From contig PWZL01000102.1 of the NCBI GenBank assembly GCA_003567475.1, forward strand, positions 3,132 to 67,131: DNA of 64,000 nt, in the 5' to 3' direction. Made by a program: the position numbers and the translations under genes. This DNA comes from Gammaproteobacteria bacterium (GTDB lineage Bacteria > Pseudomonadota > Gammaproteobacteria > Steroidobacterales > PWYM01). A model generated the notes under the pieces. It did not search any database, was not told the DNA's origin, and saw only the letters and a program-made list of their open reading frames with translations. This document shows positions 1 to 9,558 of this stretch, one piece after another (the first letter of the stretch is position 1; every line of letters begins with the position of its first letter).

Positions 1-867
1 ATCCCGCGCGGCTGCAGCGCGAGCATTGACCCGGCCGTTTTCAAGGATCAGCAGTCCCACCAGGAATGACACGGCAAGGCCGAGCGGCATGACCGCGGCG
101 ACGGCCGGTGTCACGAGGGAGGCCGCGAGTGCCGGGGTCGGCGTATGAGTCACCGCCAGCAACGTATTCATGGATGTCCGGATCACGCCTTCGCGGATCC
201 AGTCCTCTGGAATCCCGGTCGCCGGCGTACCCTGCTGGTAGAGGCGCTGGTCCCGCCAGGCGACCTCGACTGCATACCCCGGCGATTGGTCCTGGAGAAA
301 GCTTGCGAACATTGAGCGCGTATCCAACGCGGCGATGAGCGCCCCCCCACCCTCCTCGCTGCGAATCACCACCCTGATGCGCTGCCCGTCGCCAACCGAC
401 TCCGGGCCCAGCATGGCTTCACCTGCGACACCCGCAATACCCCGACCCAGTCGCTCGAGCTCTGCAGATGACGCAGGCCGATTCAGCTCCGGGCGCTGAG
501 GAGTGGCCAGGAAGTGCCGATCAGTCGTCTCGTCGAGCCACAACAGCGCCGTCAACCCATCAAGCTGGGCAAATCCCCAACCCTGAAACGCTGACCACTC
601 GTCGACCGGCTCGGACGCGTTGGCAGCCCAGTAATCGTGGATCTCGCGCAGCCCCTGAAGCAGCAGGTCAAGCTGCTGCACGAGTCGGCTGCGCGTTGCG
701 TACGACTCGGCCTCGGTGATCAGGGTGATCTTCGAGCTGTCCGTATCACGCAGGACATTCCAGAGCTGGGTGGTCATAAAACCCAACAGAAGCGTCAGCG
801 CGCCCGCAATACACCAACGACCGATCAAGACTGCCCCCGCGGCTGACCAGACCGGCTCCGGAAACAC
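1..867 (-). CDS. Membrane sensor protein, N-terminal part (probably the sensor kinase partner of the adjacent sigma54 activator); runs off the window edge
   Basis: Absent from the ORF track because it is open to position 1. My minus-strand translation from GTG at 867 gives VFPEPVWSAAGAVLIGRWCIAGALTLLLGF (TM1). About 230 aa of soluble, periplasmic-looking sequence follows, then TPAVAAVMPLGLAVSFLVGLLILENG (TM2), with no stop. The gene is divergent from the NtrC-type regulator at 1089. The kinase core is not visible. Confidence 0.45.
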   Translation of the reverse strand, partial: MFPEPVWSAAGAVLIGRWCIAGALTLLLGFMTTQLWNVLRDTDSSKITLITEAESYATRSRLVQQLDLLLQGLREIHDYWAANASEPVDEWSAFQGWGFAQLDGLTALLWLDETTDRHFLATPQRPELNRPASSAELERLGRGIAGVAGEAMLGPESVGDGQRIRVVIRSEEGGGALIAALDTRSMFASFLQDQSPGYAVEVAWRDQRLYQQGTPATGIPEDWIREGVIRTSMNTLLAVTHTPTPALAASLVTPAVAAVMPLGLAVSFLVGLLILENGRVNARAAAARD

Positions 868-1088
868 GGTCTGGTGTTCGGCTCAAATGCACGATCATCA
901 TAGAGGAGGCGTAGCCCGACTGCAGCGGCACCGGATTGACCATTCACCACAACAACGGCCACCGAGAGGCTCGTTATCGGTCTCTCGGGGTCTGGGCTAT
1001 ACTGCACCAGAAAAAATGCTGCGACGTACGGCAATTGAGACAGCGTTGCCGTGGCGCGAGTTGGCAGTTGACGTAGGCGGTCAGGCGT

Positions 1089-2432
1089 ATGGTCGGCATT
1101 CTGTTCGTTGATGACGACCCGGACTTCACCGCGGCAGTCCGCCCGGTGCTGGAGCGTGACGGGTATGCCATTCATATCGCCCATTCGCTGGCACAAGCCA
1201 GAACGCTGCTGCAGCAACACTCTCCTCAGCTGATGTTCATCGATCTGCTGCTGCCCGACGGCAGCGGGCTTGAACTCGTATCCGAGGACGGCCCACGCAG
1301 CATCATCATCACTGGCCATCCCTCGATCGAATCTGCCATCCGGGCGGTACGCGGTGCGGTCGTGGATTACCTCGTGAAACCGGTAGACAGCAGACAGCTG
1401 CGCAAGACCATCCGCCGGGCGCTCGAGGGCGAAACCACGGATCCTGATGCCAAGCCTCCCGACGGCGACGAGACGTCGTCCACACCACTGCTGGTCGGCA
1501 AATCAGCGCCCATTATGGCGCTGCGTTCGCTGATTCGTGACTATGGCGAAACCGACGTCACCCTGCTGATCACCGGCGAGAGCGGCACCGGCAAGGAGTT
1601 GGTCGCTCAAGCGGTGCACGAGGTGCGCGGCCGCGAAAAACCGTTCGTGGCCCTCAACTGCGCGGCAATCCCTCAGGAACTGCTGGCCAGCGAATTGTTT
1701 GGCCACGAAAAAGGCAGTTTCACAGGGGCAATGAAGCGCCACAAAGGGCTGTTCGAGCGGGCGGGAGACGGGACGGTCTTCCTGGATGAAATCGGCGAAC
1801 TGCCACTGGCTCAGCAGGCAGCACTGCTGCGAGTGCTGGAAACCCAGACTGTCCAGAGAGTTGGCGCGGAACACGAGATCGAAGTCTCGCCGCGGGTGGT
1901 TGCCGCAACCAATAACGACCTGGCCCGGCAGATTCGCGAGGGCCATTTTCGCGAAGATCTGTTCTACCGTATCAACGTGTTGACGATTCATGTGCCGCCG
2001 TTACGCGAGCGCGAAGGCGACATTGAACGGCTGACCACACATTTCCTGGCGGAATATGCGGGGGAATACGGGAGCCCTGAGACGCTCGCCCCCGCGGCGA
2101 TGGAGCGGCTGACCGCTCACCAATGGCCAGGGAACGTTCGCGAGCTCAAACACACGCTGTTGCGTGCGGCGATTCTCAGTCGCGGCAAGACATGCATCGA
2201 TACGCTGCCGGAGGACTTCGACCGCCCGCCTGCCTGGACGCAGCCCGACAGCAGGCTGGCCGCCGGCATGTCAATTCGAGACGCCGAGCGCAGCCTGATC
2301 CAGACAACGCTCGAGCATTACGGGGGCAATCGCAAGAAAACCGCGGAGGCACTCGGCGTCAGCCTGAAGACTCTTTACAACCGACTGAAAGACTACGAGA
2401 CCCCAACGCCTGATGACGAGCATCGACGCTGA
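1089..2432 (+). CDS. Sigma54-dependent response regulator (NtrC family): receiver + AAA+ + Fis-type HTH
   Basis: Receiver domain with [11 protein letters not shown]. Walker A GESGTGKE. Sigma54-contact motif [14 protein letters not shown]-terminal [25 protein letters not shown]. Confidence 0.9.
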   Translation: MVGILFVDDDPDFTAAVRPVLERDGYAIHIAHSLAQARTLLQQHSPQLMFIDLLLPDGSGLELVSEDGPRSIIITGHPSIESAIRAVRGAVVDYLVKPVDSRQLRKTIRRALEGETTDPDAKPPDGDETSSTPLLVGKSAPIMALRSLIRDYGETDVTLLITGESGTGKELVAQAVHEVRGREKPFVALNCAAIPQELLASELFGHEKGSFTGAMKRHKGLFERAGDGTVFLDEIGELPLAQQAALLRVLETQTVQRVGAEHEIEVSPRVVAATNNDLARQIREGHFREDLFYRINVLTIHVPPLREREGDIERLTTHFLAEYAGEYGSPETLAPAAMERLTAHQWPGNVRELKHTLLRAAILSRGKTCIDTLPEDFDRPPAWTQPDSRLAAGMSIRDAERSLIQTTLEHYGGNRKKTAEALGVSLKTLYNRLKDYETPTPDDEHRR

Positions 2433-2462
2433 TCTCGATCCTCGCCCTATCTGAGCGGGCCG

Positions 2463-2630
2463 CTACAGAGGCGGCCTGCGGTGGCCAAGCAGGAAGGTCA
2501 CCACAGCGAGCACCAGACCGACCACGAACAGGATCCAGGCAATATTGACCGCCACCCCGGCGATGCCGGTGAGACCGAGCACCCCCGCAACCAGGGCGAC
2601 GATCAGAAAAGTCAGGGCAAGACCAAGCAT
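2463..2630 (-). CDS. DUF1328/UPF0391 small membrane protein
   Basis: [48 protein letters not shown] is the typical ~55-aa two-helix family. I chose the internal Met at 2630 over the ORF-track start at 2672. Confidence 0.65.
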   Translation of the reverse strand: MLGLALTFLIVALVAGVLGLTGIAGVAVNIAWILFVVGLVLAVVTFLLGHRRPPL

Positions 2631-2654
2631 GGCTTTCTCCTCAAGGCAGGGGGT

Positions 2655-2699
2655 CGGAAAACGAGGCGCCAACGGGCGACCTGTCGAGTCGCCCGTTGG
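2655..2699 (-). terminator. Rho-independent terminator downstream of the BON-domain gene
   Basis: Perfect 12-bp stem, CCAACGGGCGAC (2669-2680) paired with GTCGCCCGTTGG (2688-2699), with a 7-nt loop. On the minus strand a TTTT run follows it (AAAA at 2658-2661 on plus). Confidence 0.55.
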
Positions 2700-2758
2700 C
2701 GAGGCTTCAGCGGGTTCCGCAGTGACTGTGTGCGGACCCAGGGATACGCCGGGGTGTT

Positions 2759-3172
2759 TCAGTGACCGTCGCCACTGATGGCGTCACGCGCCTGATCGAT
2801 CGCGGTGGCAACACGCAGTGACGTTGCATCGACACGATCGACCCCATCGGTATCTTCAGCGATCTCGACGGCATGACTGACCTGTGACTGATCGTCCACC
2901 TCCCCGGACAGATAGACGACGTTGTCCTTGGTTTCGACCGAAATGTCGAACCCAGAGACTTCCTGGTCGGCCAGGAGCTGTGACTTCACCTTGGTGGTGA
3001 TCCAGCTGTCCGTCGCGACATCCCCAGCCGTACGCTCGTCATCGTTATTGTGGTCGTCCGCCTGCACAGGACTGAGGGCGAGCCCCGAAACCAGTGCGAT
3101 GGCGGGCAGGCTGGCGCCCAGCAGCCAGCGGTTCAGGGCGGGCGTTGATGGCGATTTCTGGGTGATTTTCAT
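2759..3172 (-). CDS. BON-domain periplasmic protein (OsmY-like)
   Basis: Signal peptide [24 protein letters not shown]-like segment [44 protein letters not shown]. Confidence 0.8.
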   Translation of the reverse strand: MKITQKSPSTPALNRWLLGASLPAIALVSGLALSPVQADDHNNDDERTAGDVATDSWITTKVKSQLLADQEVSGFDISVETKDNVVYLSGEVDDQSQVSHAVEIAEDTDGVDRVDATSLRVATAIDQARDAISGDGH

Positions 3173-3275
3173 GGCATTCCTCCTGCGGGTTCATTGACCG
3201 GACGCTCGCCCAACGGACCAAGCCCGCGAGCGTAGGCAGCGCCCTCAAAGAGGAGATTGCACAATCCATGCCATG

Positions 3276-3300
3276 CGAAAGAGGCTTTGGAAACAGCCCC
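3276..3300 (-). terminator. Possible terminator hairpin after ogt
   Basis: Read on the minus strand: GGGGCU-GUUUCCAA-AGCCUC, a 6-bp stem with one G-U pair, followed by UUUCG. Weak. Confidence 0.3.
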
Positions 3301-3363
3301 TTGCACTCACAGTCAGCGGTAAGATTTACGTCCGTCAGTCAGGCTGGCCGAATCGTCCCCAGA

Positions 3364-3882
3364 TCACTGCACCGCTGCCCTCGAGGCCGTCTGGCTGAGC
3401 TGAAACGAGACACTTGCCGCCTCATGAGCCAACAGCCAGCGCTTCCTCTCCACCCCCCCGGCGTAGCCGGTGAGTGTGCCGTCCCGGCCAATCACACGAT
3501 GACAGGGCACCACAATGGCCAGTGGATTACGGGCATTCGCAGCGCCCACCGCCCGCTGGCCCCCGGCGAGGCCCAACCGCCGGGCGACCTCACCGTAACT
3601 GCAGGTTTCACCGTAGGGGATCGCCACGAGTGCGGACCAGACACGTCGCTGAAAGTCGGTGCCGCGCGGCGACAGGGGCAATTCGAACGCGCGACGCCTG
3701 CCATCGAAATACTCAGCGAGCTGCCGACAGACCAGCAGGGTCGTCTCATCGGGACAGGCAGAGGACTCTTCGCGCACCACGAAGTCGACCGACGTCACAC
3801 GGCCGTCGTTTGCGCGGATACGCAGCAGGCCGAGGCGCTCAGCCCCGGCGGGCAGAAAATAGTCCAGTGCAGCGGCCATCAT
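3364..3882 (-). CDS. ogt: Methylated-DNA--protein-cysteine methyltransferase
   Basis: Active-site motif [10 protein letters not shown] followed by [20 protein letters not shown]. Size about 170 aa. Confidence 0.9.
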   Translation of the reverse strand: MMAAALDYFLPAGAERLGLLRIRANDGRVTSVDFVVREESSACPDETTLLVCRQLAEYFDGRRRAFELPLSPRGTDFQRRVWSALVAIPYGETCSYGEVARRLGLAGGQRAVGAANARNPLAIVVPCHRVIGRDGTLTGYAGGVERKRWLLAHEAASVSFQLSQTASRAAVQ

Positions 3883-4063
3883 CAGCTCCTCTTCAGCCCT
3901 CGATGTGCCCGAGCCTGTCAGGCCGGCGCCTGCCGGGTGACCGGGGGGGTTCGACCTGAACGCCCGGGCGATCTATGATCCTGTGGCGCCTCGACACACA
4001 TGCCGACGCGGTTTCCGCCAACACCCGGAAGTCCCTTTGCCAGTCGCCCGGAGGGTCCACAGC

Positions 4064-4282
4064 ATGACTACAGCACGGAACAGCAGGGCGCTACCCGCGG
4101 GTCGCCTGACGACTGCCGTGATCGTCGCCCTCGTCGGCACGCTCAACCTTGGGTATGCGGGCTGGCGGGTGTTTCAGGGACGGCCAGCGGACGCATCACT
4201 GCCCTTGGTGATCTCGGGCGTACTGTGTCTGGCTCTAGCCATGATACTCCTGATCCTGGCCAGGCAGCCGTCGCCACGCTAG
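4064..4282 (+). CDS. Small hypothetical two-helix membrane protein
   Basis: Two hydrophobic helices only: TTAVIVALVGTLNLGYAGW and LPLVISGVLCLALAMILLILA. Start chosen at the internal Met. No family recognised. Confidence 0.3.
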   Translation: MTTARNSRALPAGRLTTAVIVALVGTLNLGYAGWRVFQGRPADASLPLVISGVLCLALAMILLILARQPSPR

Positions 4283-4428
4283 TGCGCGAGACCGCGCGGT
4301 CCCGTCCGCTGCTGCCAGGGCTGGACCGGAATCGAGCTGCGAAAAGCCGAGCAGCCATACGCACTCTCCGACCTTGACGCCCGCGCCCCAGGCGCGACCA
4401 TGGGGAGGATCGCACAGGAGGACACGTC

Positions 4429-4896
4429 ATGGCACTGCAGCATTACCACAACATCCTGGTCCCGGTAGACGGCTCCGACAACGCGCTGCGAGCGCTCGAT
4501 TACGCGGCGAGTCTCGCGCAGGCCGCCAACCTGCAGATTCTGCTGCTGCATGTGGCCCAGATGGGGCCGGTGGAGATGATGAAGACGCTCGGCTACCCGG
4601 CGGCGGCAACAGACGCTGCGGCGAGACGAACGAAAGAGCAGGAAGAACTCCGCCGCGAGCTCGCCGAGCACGTGTTCCAGACGGCCCGCGAGCGCCTGCC
4701 CGTGGGCTTGGAGGTGCACCAGATGATGGTCGCCGGCGATCCGGCGCAGGTCATCCTGCAGCAGGTCGACAAGCTCGGTAACGCGGTGATCGTCATGGGC
4801 AACCGGGGCCTCTCCGAGGTCCGGGAACTGCTGATCGGTGGGGTGAGCAGCAAGGTACTGCACCACGCCTCCTGCCCGGTCACGATCATCCACTGA
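4429..4896 (+). CDS. Universal stress protein (UspA family)
   Basis: YHNILVPVDGSDNALRALDYA near the N-terminus. C-terminal VIVMGNRGLSEVRELLIGGVSSKVLHHASCPVTIIH. Confidence 0.85.
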   Translation: MALQHYHNILVPVDGSDNALRALDYAASLAQAANLQILLLHVAQMGPVEMMKTLGYPAAATDAAARRTKEQEELRRELAEHVFQTARERLPVGLEVHQMMVAGDPAQVILQQVDKLGNAVIVMGNRGLSEVRELLIGGVSSKVLHHASCPVTIIH

Positions 4897-4905
4897 GCCA
4901 CGCGG

Positions 4906-5352
4906 GTGCCCCAGGTCACGCTCCAGCCGGTCGTCTTCCGCTCCGCCGTGGACCACTGGTTCTACCTCGTCATCCTCGGCAGCGGCGCGATTGTCTTCGT
5001 GAGCGTGCTGCCCTTGCTGCACACCGGTGAGCCGGCCCAGTTGCTGATCGCGATGCTGGCCACCGCGCTCGGCCTGGGGCTGCCGCTGTGGCTGCTGGTC
5101 ACCACCCGCTACATCGTCGACGGCGCCGTGCTGGAAGTCCGCTCCGGACCTTTCCGCTGGCGGATCATCCGTCGGCAGATCACGGCGGTGCGCGCCAGCC
5201 GATCGATGATCTCCGCCCCCGCCCTGTCACTGAACCGGCTGGAAATCCGCTACGGCCATGGCCAGAGCCTGCTGGTCTCACCAGCCGACCGCGAGGGGTT
5301 TCTCCGGTGTCTCGGCTTCCCGTCCGGCCACACCGACGACGAGCCCCCCTAG
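4906..5352 (+). CDS. Membrane protein with bacterial PH-like domain
   Basis: Two N-terminal TM helices, then ...YIVDGAVLEVRSGPFRWRIIRRQITAV..LSLNRLEIRYG, which resembles bPH-type domains. GTG start 10 nt after the usp stop. Confidence 0.5.
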   Translation: MPQVTLQPVVFRSAVDHWFYLVILGSGAIVFVSVLPLLHTGEPAQLLIAMLATALGLGLPLWLLVTTRYIVDGAVLEVRSGPFRWRIIRRQITAVRASRSMISAPALSLNRLEIRYGHGQSLLVSPADREGFLRCLGFPSGHTDDEPP

Positions 5353-5411
5353 CACGCAGGCCCGACCCTGCCGCGGCAAGCCTCGAGCCAGTCACCGGAG
5401 AGCGCTGATCC

Positions 5412-5445
5412 CCGCCCGGCCGCGCCGCCGGACGGGGCCGGGCGG
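5412..5445. other. GC-rich 10-bp perfect inverted repeat in the intergenic region
   Basis: CCGCCCGGCC (5412-5421) and GGCCGGGCGG (5436-5445) with a 14-nt spacer, downstream of the gene ending at 5352. No T-run. Confidence 0.3.
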
Positions 5446-5524
5446 CGGGCTGCCATAAACGAGTCCCCTCTCGGACATCCAGACCATTGCCGTCAGCGAA
5501 TCAACGTGCGAGGCTCGAAAGACG

Positions 5525-6055
5525 ATGCGCAAGACGCTCAAGATTCTCCACTCGATCGGCGCCGCTGGCATCACCGGCGCCGTGCTCGTGCATCTCGTGC
5601 TGCTGGCCTTCCTGCCGGCCCCTGATGAGCTTGCCGCCTACGCGGCCCTGCGCGAAGGCATTGCCGGCGTCACCACCTGGGTCCTGCTGCCCTCGCTGAC
5701 GCTGATGCTGCTCTCGGGGCTGCTGGCCATCGCCGCGCATAACGCCTTCGGCAATTTCGCCTGGGTCTGGCTGAAATTCGCGCTGACGCTGTCGATATTC
5801 CAGCCCATCCTCATGTGGATCCATGGACCGGCCCATCGCGAGGCCGACGCGGCGCGGGCACTGCTCGCCGACCCGGCGGCGAACGTGGTCCTGGAAGGTG
5901 TCAGCGCAATCGAATGGGGGATGCTCTGGGTGACGCTCGCCACCTGTCTGGCCAACATCGTATTGGCGATCTGGCGGCCCCGCTGGCGTCGCGGGCATAC
6001 CGTGTCCCGGTCGTCCTCGGCCGTCACTAGGCGCGCCGCGTCCCCAGGTAACTGA
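5525..6055 (+). CDS. Integral membrane protein (four predicted helices, DUF2269-like)
   Basis: Hydrophobic pattern only: ILHSIGAAGITGAVLVHLVLLAF, VTTWVLLPSLTLMLLSGLLAIAA, WVWLKFALTLSIFQPILMWI, MLWVTLATCLANIVLAIW. Confidence 0.5.
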   Translation: MRKTLKILHSIGAAGITGAVLVHLVLLAFLPAPDELAAYAALREGIAGVTTWVLLPSLTLMLLSGLLAIAAHNAFGNFAWVWLKFALTLSIFQPILMWIHGPAHREADAARALLADPAANVVLEGVSAIEWGMLWVTLATCLANIVLAIWRPRWRRGHTVSRSSSAVTRRAASPGN

Positions 6056-6959
6056 GTGCGGCCGCTTCGAAGCGGTGCGGCTTGATCCCGAACAGCGCCC
6101 AGGCTTCACTGCCGTCACACACGTTGCCCGCCAGCAGCATTTCCAGCTGATCGCGGGTGATCGGAAACCACGGCTGGCCATCCAGTAGCGTGGCCACCGC
6201 GCGCACCGCCCAGACCGGTGCGGGCAGCATGAGTTTTCGCCGACCACAGGCCTGGGCAATGACCTGAATGATCGCGCGCCACTCAAGCGCGTCCGGGCCG
6301 CCGAGCGGAAAGATGCGCCCGCTGCTCTCCGGGGTCTCCAGTGCCTGCACGAAGGCACGGGTCACGTCCTCGATCGCCACCGGCGTGAGCTTGAAGCGCC
6401 CGGCCTGGACCGGCAGCAGGCCCTCATGGAACAGCGGTGCGGGAATGGGCATCTCGATCATTTCATCGCGCAGCTGGGTACAGAATTCCATTCGTCCTTT
6501 GGGATCACCGAAGATCACCGAAGGGCGGAATACGGTCCAGTCAAGTCCGCTCTCGGCGAGAGACTGCTCGGCGCGATACTTGGTCGTCTGGTAAGGGGTG
6601 CCCTCCGGGGCCGCGCCATTCGCGCTCATCAGCAGGAAGCGCCCGACACCGACCGATCTGGCCGCCTCAATCGCGCGCGCGCAGCCCTCGTAGTGCATGG
6701 CCTCGAACGTGACACCCTGAGCCGGGAATTCGCGCAGCAGGCCGATGTTGTAGATCGCGGCGTCGCAACCGGTCAGACACTCGGCCACGGCATCTTCCGA
6801 GCCGATCTCCCCCTGGACGACTTCGCTGACGTCGCGACGCGTCACCCGCGTCTCGCTGCCAGGACGCACGAGCAGACGAGGCGTGTGCCCTGCGGCGATC
6901 AAACCGTCGACCAGATGGCTGCCGACGAAGCCGGTGCCACCAAACATGGCGACCTTCAT
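6027..6959 (-). CDS. NAD(P)-binding SDR, complex I NDUFA9-like / NmrA-like family
   Basis: MKVAMFGGTGFVGSHLV Rossmann motif. GGGAGGA Shine-Dalgarno sequence before the Met at 6959. Length about 310 aa. Confidence 0.8.
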   Translation of the reverse strand: MKVAMFGGTGFVGSHLVDGLIAAGHTPRLLVRPGSETRVTRRDVSEVVQGEIGSEDAVAECLTGCDAAIYNIGLLREFPAQGVTFEAMHYEGCARAIEAARSVGVGRFLLMSANGAAPEGTPYQTTKYRAEQSLAESGLDWTVFRPSVIFGDPKGRMEFCTQLRDEMIEMPIPAPLFHEGLLPVQAGRFKLTPVAIEDVTRAFVQALETPESSGRIFPLGGPDALEWRAIIQVIAQACGRRKLMLPAPVWAVRAVATLLDGQPWFPITRDQLEMLLAGNVCDGSEAWALFGIKPHRFEAAALSYLGTRRA

Positions 6960-7050
6960 AGCGTCCTCCCGGGGCCTTGGCCCTTGTCTGTTCATCTGCC
7001 TTCACGCCTATCCCATCTTTACGGCGGACAGGACGCTCAGGATGCGTCGT

Positions 7051-7491
7051 TCAGCGCAGTCGGACTCGGGCACGCCGTGCAAACGCCTCCATCGTCTCGC
7101 GAAAGACATGCTGACAGAGCTTGTCAACCAGCCGGCTCAACAGCCGACCGCGCAAGGCGTATTCCACCTGGAACCGCACCTCCGTGCTGCGCTCGCCGAG
7201 CGCGTTGAATGTCCAGGTCTGATGCAGGCTGCGAAACGGGGCCTGGTGACCCTCGATGGTAATCTGGGTGGGACGCTCCAGCTGCGCACGGGTGTTGAAC
7301 CGCTGGCGGATGCCGAAACCGCCGAGCTCCTGCTCGACCAGCAACGACAGGCCGTCACGCTCAAGAATCCGCGCCGCCTGCCACCCGGGCAGGTACTCAG
7401 GGTAGCACTCGACATCGGCGACGAGGTCGAACACGTCGTCCCGCGGAAACGGCAGTGTCCGCCGCATGTCGAGGCGGCGCAACTCAGTCAT
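7051..7491 (-). CDS. SRPBCC/START protein of the RatA / Coq10 family
   Basis: VFDLVADVECYPEYLPGWQAARILE closely parallels E. coli RatA VNDVQSYPQFLPGCTGSRILE. Its start overlaps the upstream stop by 8 nt. Confidence 0.8.
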   Translation of the reverse strand: MTELRRLDMRRTLPFPRDDVFDLVADVECYPEYLPGWQAARILERDGLSLLVEQELGGFGIRQRFNTRAQLERPTQITIEGHQAPFRSLHQTWTFNALGERSTEVRFQVEYALRGRLLSRLVDKLCQHVFRETMEAFARRARVRLR

Positions 7492-8980
7492 CGGATCGGC
7501 CCACCGCGGGTGTGTTGGCAGCCTCTGATCCCGCATCTTCGGGCGTTACAGTGGCGCGCCGGGCCGCGTCTTCCGCATGGCGGGCGATGGCCTCGGTCAT
7601 GCGACTGAAGATCAGCCCGTGGAACGGCACCAGCGGATACCAGTACATCAGGCCCAGAGCACCGTGCGGATGCCAGTACGCGGTGGCGGTGATCCGCGTA
7701 CCTTCCTTGACCGGTACAAGCTCGAATTCAAGCACACCGGCGCCGGGCGCTTTCATACCAAAGCGCAGCGTGAGCCGGCGCTCCGGCTCGAGCCCGATCA
7801 CCTCCCAGGAGTCGATGGTGTCGCCGACACGCAGCGCCTGCGGATCACGACGCCCACGACTCAGACCGGGACCGCCGACAAACCAGTCGGCCAGCTCACG
7901 CAAGGTCCATAACAGATCCAGCGCGTAGTAGCGGTTCTTGCCGCCGATCGCCGTGACCACCTGCCACACAGCCCACGCCGGCGCACGGGCCACGGCACTG
8001 CCAGAGGCACGCTTGGCGTAGAAGGCATAGTCCTGCCGGTAGTCGCGATACATCAAGGCGCCTTCCGTCCAGCGTGCGGGCACGGCACCGCTGCGCTCCG
8101 CCTCGAGCGCAGCGACGACGGCCTGGCGGTAATCCAGCAGCGTTTGCGGGATGAGTTTGCGCAGCGCCTCGGGGTGAGCGGTGATGTCATGCGAGAGTCC
8201 TTCGATCAGCGCCCGTGCGACGGGCGTCGGTACGGCCGTCACCAGGCCGAGCCAGTAGGATGAAAAAGTGGGCGTGAGGACCGGTATGGGGATGATCCAC
8301 GGACGGCGGCCGACGAGCTCACCATAGACCTTCATGAGATCAGCATAGCTGAGCTCCTCCGGGCCAGCGACGTCATAGACCTGCCCTGCCGTCTCTGGAT
8401 GCTCGGGCACCCGCAGCAGATACTCCAGAAGATTGTCGAGCCCGATGGGAGGCGTGCGCGCTCGCACCCAGCGCGGCGTGAGCATGACCGGCAGCACGTT
8501 GACGAGATCGCGAATGACCTCGAAGGCTGCCGAGCCCGGTCCGACGATAATGCCGGCACGGATTTCCGTGACGGGGACGCCGCCGGCACGCAGCCGCTCG
8601 CCGGTCTGTGCCCGCGAGCGCAGGTGTTCGGAGTGCGCCTCGTCCGGCACCAGGCCGCCGAGATAGATGATGCGGCGAATACCCGCTGCCGCCGCAGCGG
8701 TCGCAAAATTCCCGGCGCATTCGAGATCGAGCTTGCCGAACTCGCGCCCAGCGCCCATCGAATGCACCAGGTAGTAGGCGATGTCGATACCCGCCAACGC
8801 GGCGGGCAGACTCTGCGGCGCGAGGGCGTCGGCGGCAACAGGCTCAACGCCCTCCCAGCCGGGTCGATCGACGAACGCCGCTGGATTGCGAGCGGCCGCG
8901 CGGACCTGGCGCCCGGCCGCGACCAGCCGCGGGACGAGTTGACTGCCGATGTAGCCACTGGCACCGAAAACGAGGTCCAT
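7484..8980 (-). CDS. SDR-family NAD(P)-binding protein fused to a DUF2867-like C-terminal domain
   Basis: MDLVFGASGYIGSQLV Rossmann N-terminus, with about 200 extra C-terminal residues. Start chosen at the internal Met (8980). Confidence 0.7.
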   Translation of the reverse strand: MDLVFGASGYIGSQLVPRLVAAGRQVRAAARNPAAFVDRPGWEGVEPVAADALAPQSLPAALAGIDIAYYLVHSMGAGREFGKLDLECAGNFATAAAAAGIRRIIYLGGLVPDEAHSEHLRSRAQTGERLRAGGVPVTEIRAGIIVGPGSAAFEVIRDLVNVLPVMLTPRWVRARTPPIGLDNLLEYLLRVPEHPETAGQVYDVAGPEELSYADLMKVYGELVGRRPWIIPIPVLTPTFSSYWLGLVTAVPTPVARALIEGLSHDITAHPEALRKLIPQTLLDYRQAVVAALEAERSGAVPARWTEGALMYRDYRQDYAFYAKRASGSAVARAPAWAVWQVVTAIGGKNRYYALDLLWTLRELADWFVGGPGLSRGRRDPQALRVGDTIDSWEVIGLEPERRLTLRFGMKAPGAGVLEFELVPVKEGTRITATAYWHPHGALGLMYWYPLVPFHGLIFSRMTEAIARHAEDAARRATVTPEDAGSEAANTPAVGRSDD

Positions 8981-8987
8981 GCGGTGG

Positions 8988-9524
8988 CTACCAGACCAGA
9001 TCGTCCGGCACTTCGTAGCCCTCGTAGCCGGGCACGACCGCGTCGGCGGGAGCTTCCGAGGCGTGCGCGTGGTCAACGACGATCAGTGCGGGATCGCGTT
9101 CGCGCAGGCGTGCGGCGGCGGCCTGCGGCAGCAGTTCATAGCCCCTGCCCAGGCGCACGATCACCAACGCCCCGCTCGCGAGCTGCGCGCGCTGAGCCGC
9201 GTCGACCAGAATGCGTTTGACGCGACCCTCGTGGGGAAAGGCGTAGTCGAGCTCGCCAGTCCGGGCGACCCGGTGCGCTTCAATCAACTGACGGGCCTGA
9301 TCGCGCCGCTCCTTGTGCCGGGCCGCGGCATTGCGCTCGGCTGCCAGGGCGCGATCGCGCGCAGTCTGTTCAGCGCGGCGCTTCGCGGCAGCCGCCATGG
9401 CAGCGGCGCCCGCAGGCACGGTTTTACCCTTGCGCTTCTTGGCCTGCTGCCGCGCGGTCTTCTGCACCTGATCCTTCTTGACCAGACCGGCCTTGAGTAG
9501 CTGTTCCTGCAGGGAGGTGGGCAT
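8988..9524 (-). CDS. DUF2058 (YaiL-like) protein
   Basis: N-terminus MPTSLQEQLLKAGLVKKDQVQKTARQQAKKRKGK and a lysine/arginine-rich central region typical of the family. Confidence 0.65.
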   Translation of the reverse strand: MPTSLQEQLLKAGLVKKDQVQKTARQQAKKRKGKTVPAGAAAMAAAAKRRAEQTARDRALAAERNAAARHKERRDQARQLIEAHRVARTGELDYAFPHEGRVKRILVDAAQRAQLASGALVIVRLGRGYELLPQAAAARLRERDPALIVVDHAHASEAPADAVVPGYEGYEVPDDLVW

Positions 9525-9558
9525 GACTGGGCTCCGCGAATCCTTCGGCACGGCCCCC

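Noticed and set aside
1052-1066. Possible sigma54 -24/-12 promoter, TGGCGCGAGTTGGCA, upstream of the NtrC-type regulator
   Set aside because: The spacing between the GG and GC elements is off by one relative to TGGCAC-N5-TTGC, and the -12 element is poor. It is probably a chance match.
7051-7491. RatA annotated as a type II toxin, suggesting a toxin-antitoxin module
   Set aside because: There is no small antitoxin-like partner. The gene is overlapped by an SDR gene and sits in a quinone-related context, so a Coq10-like lipid/quinone-binding role is more plausible.
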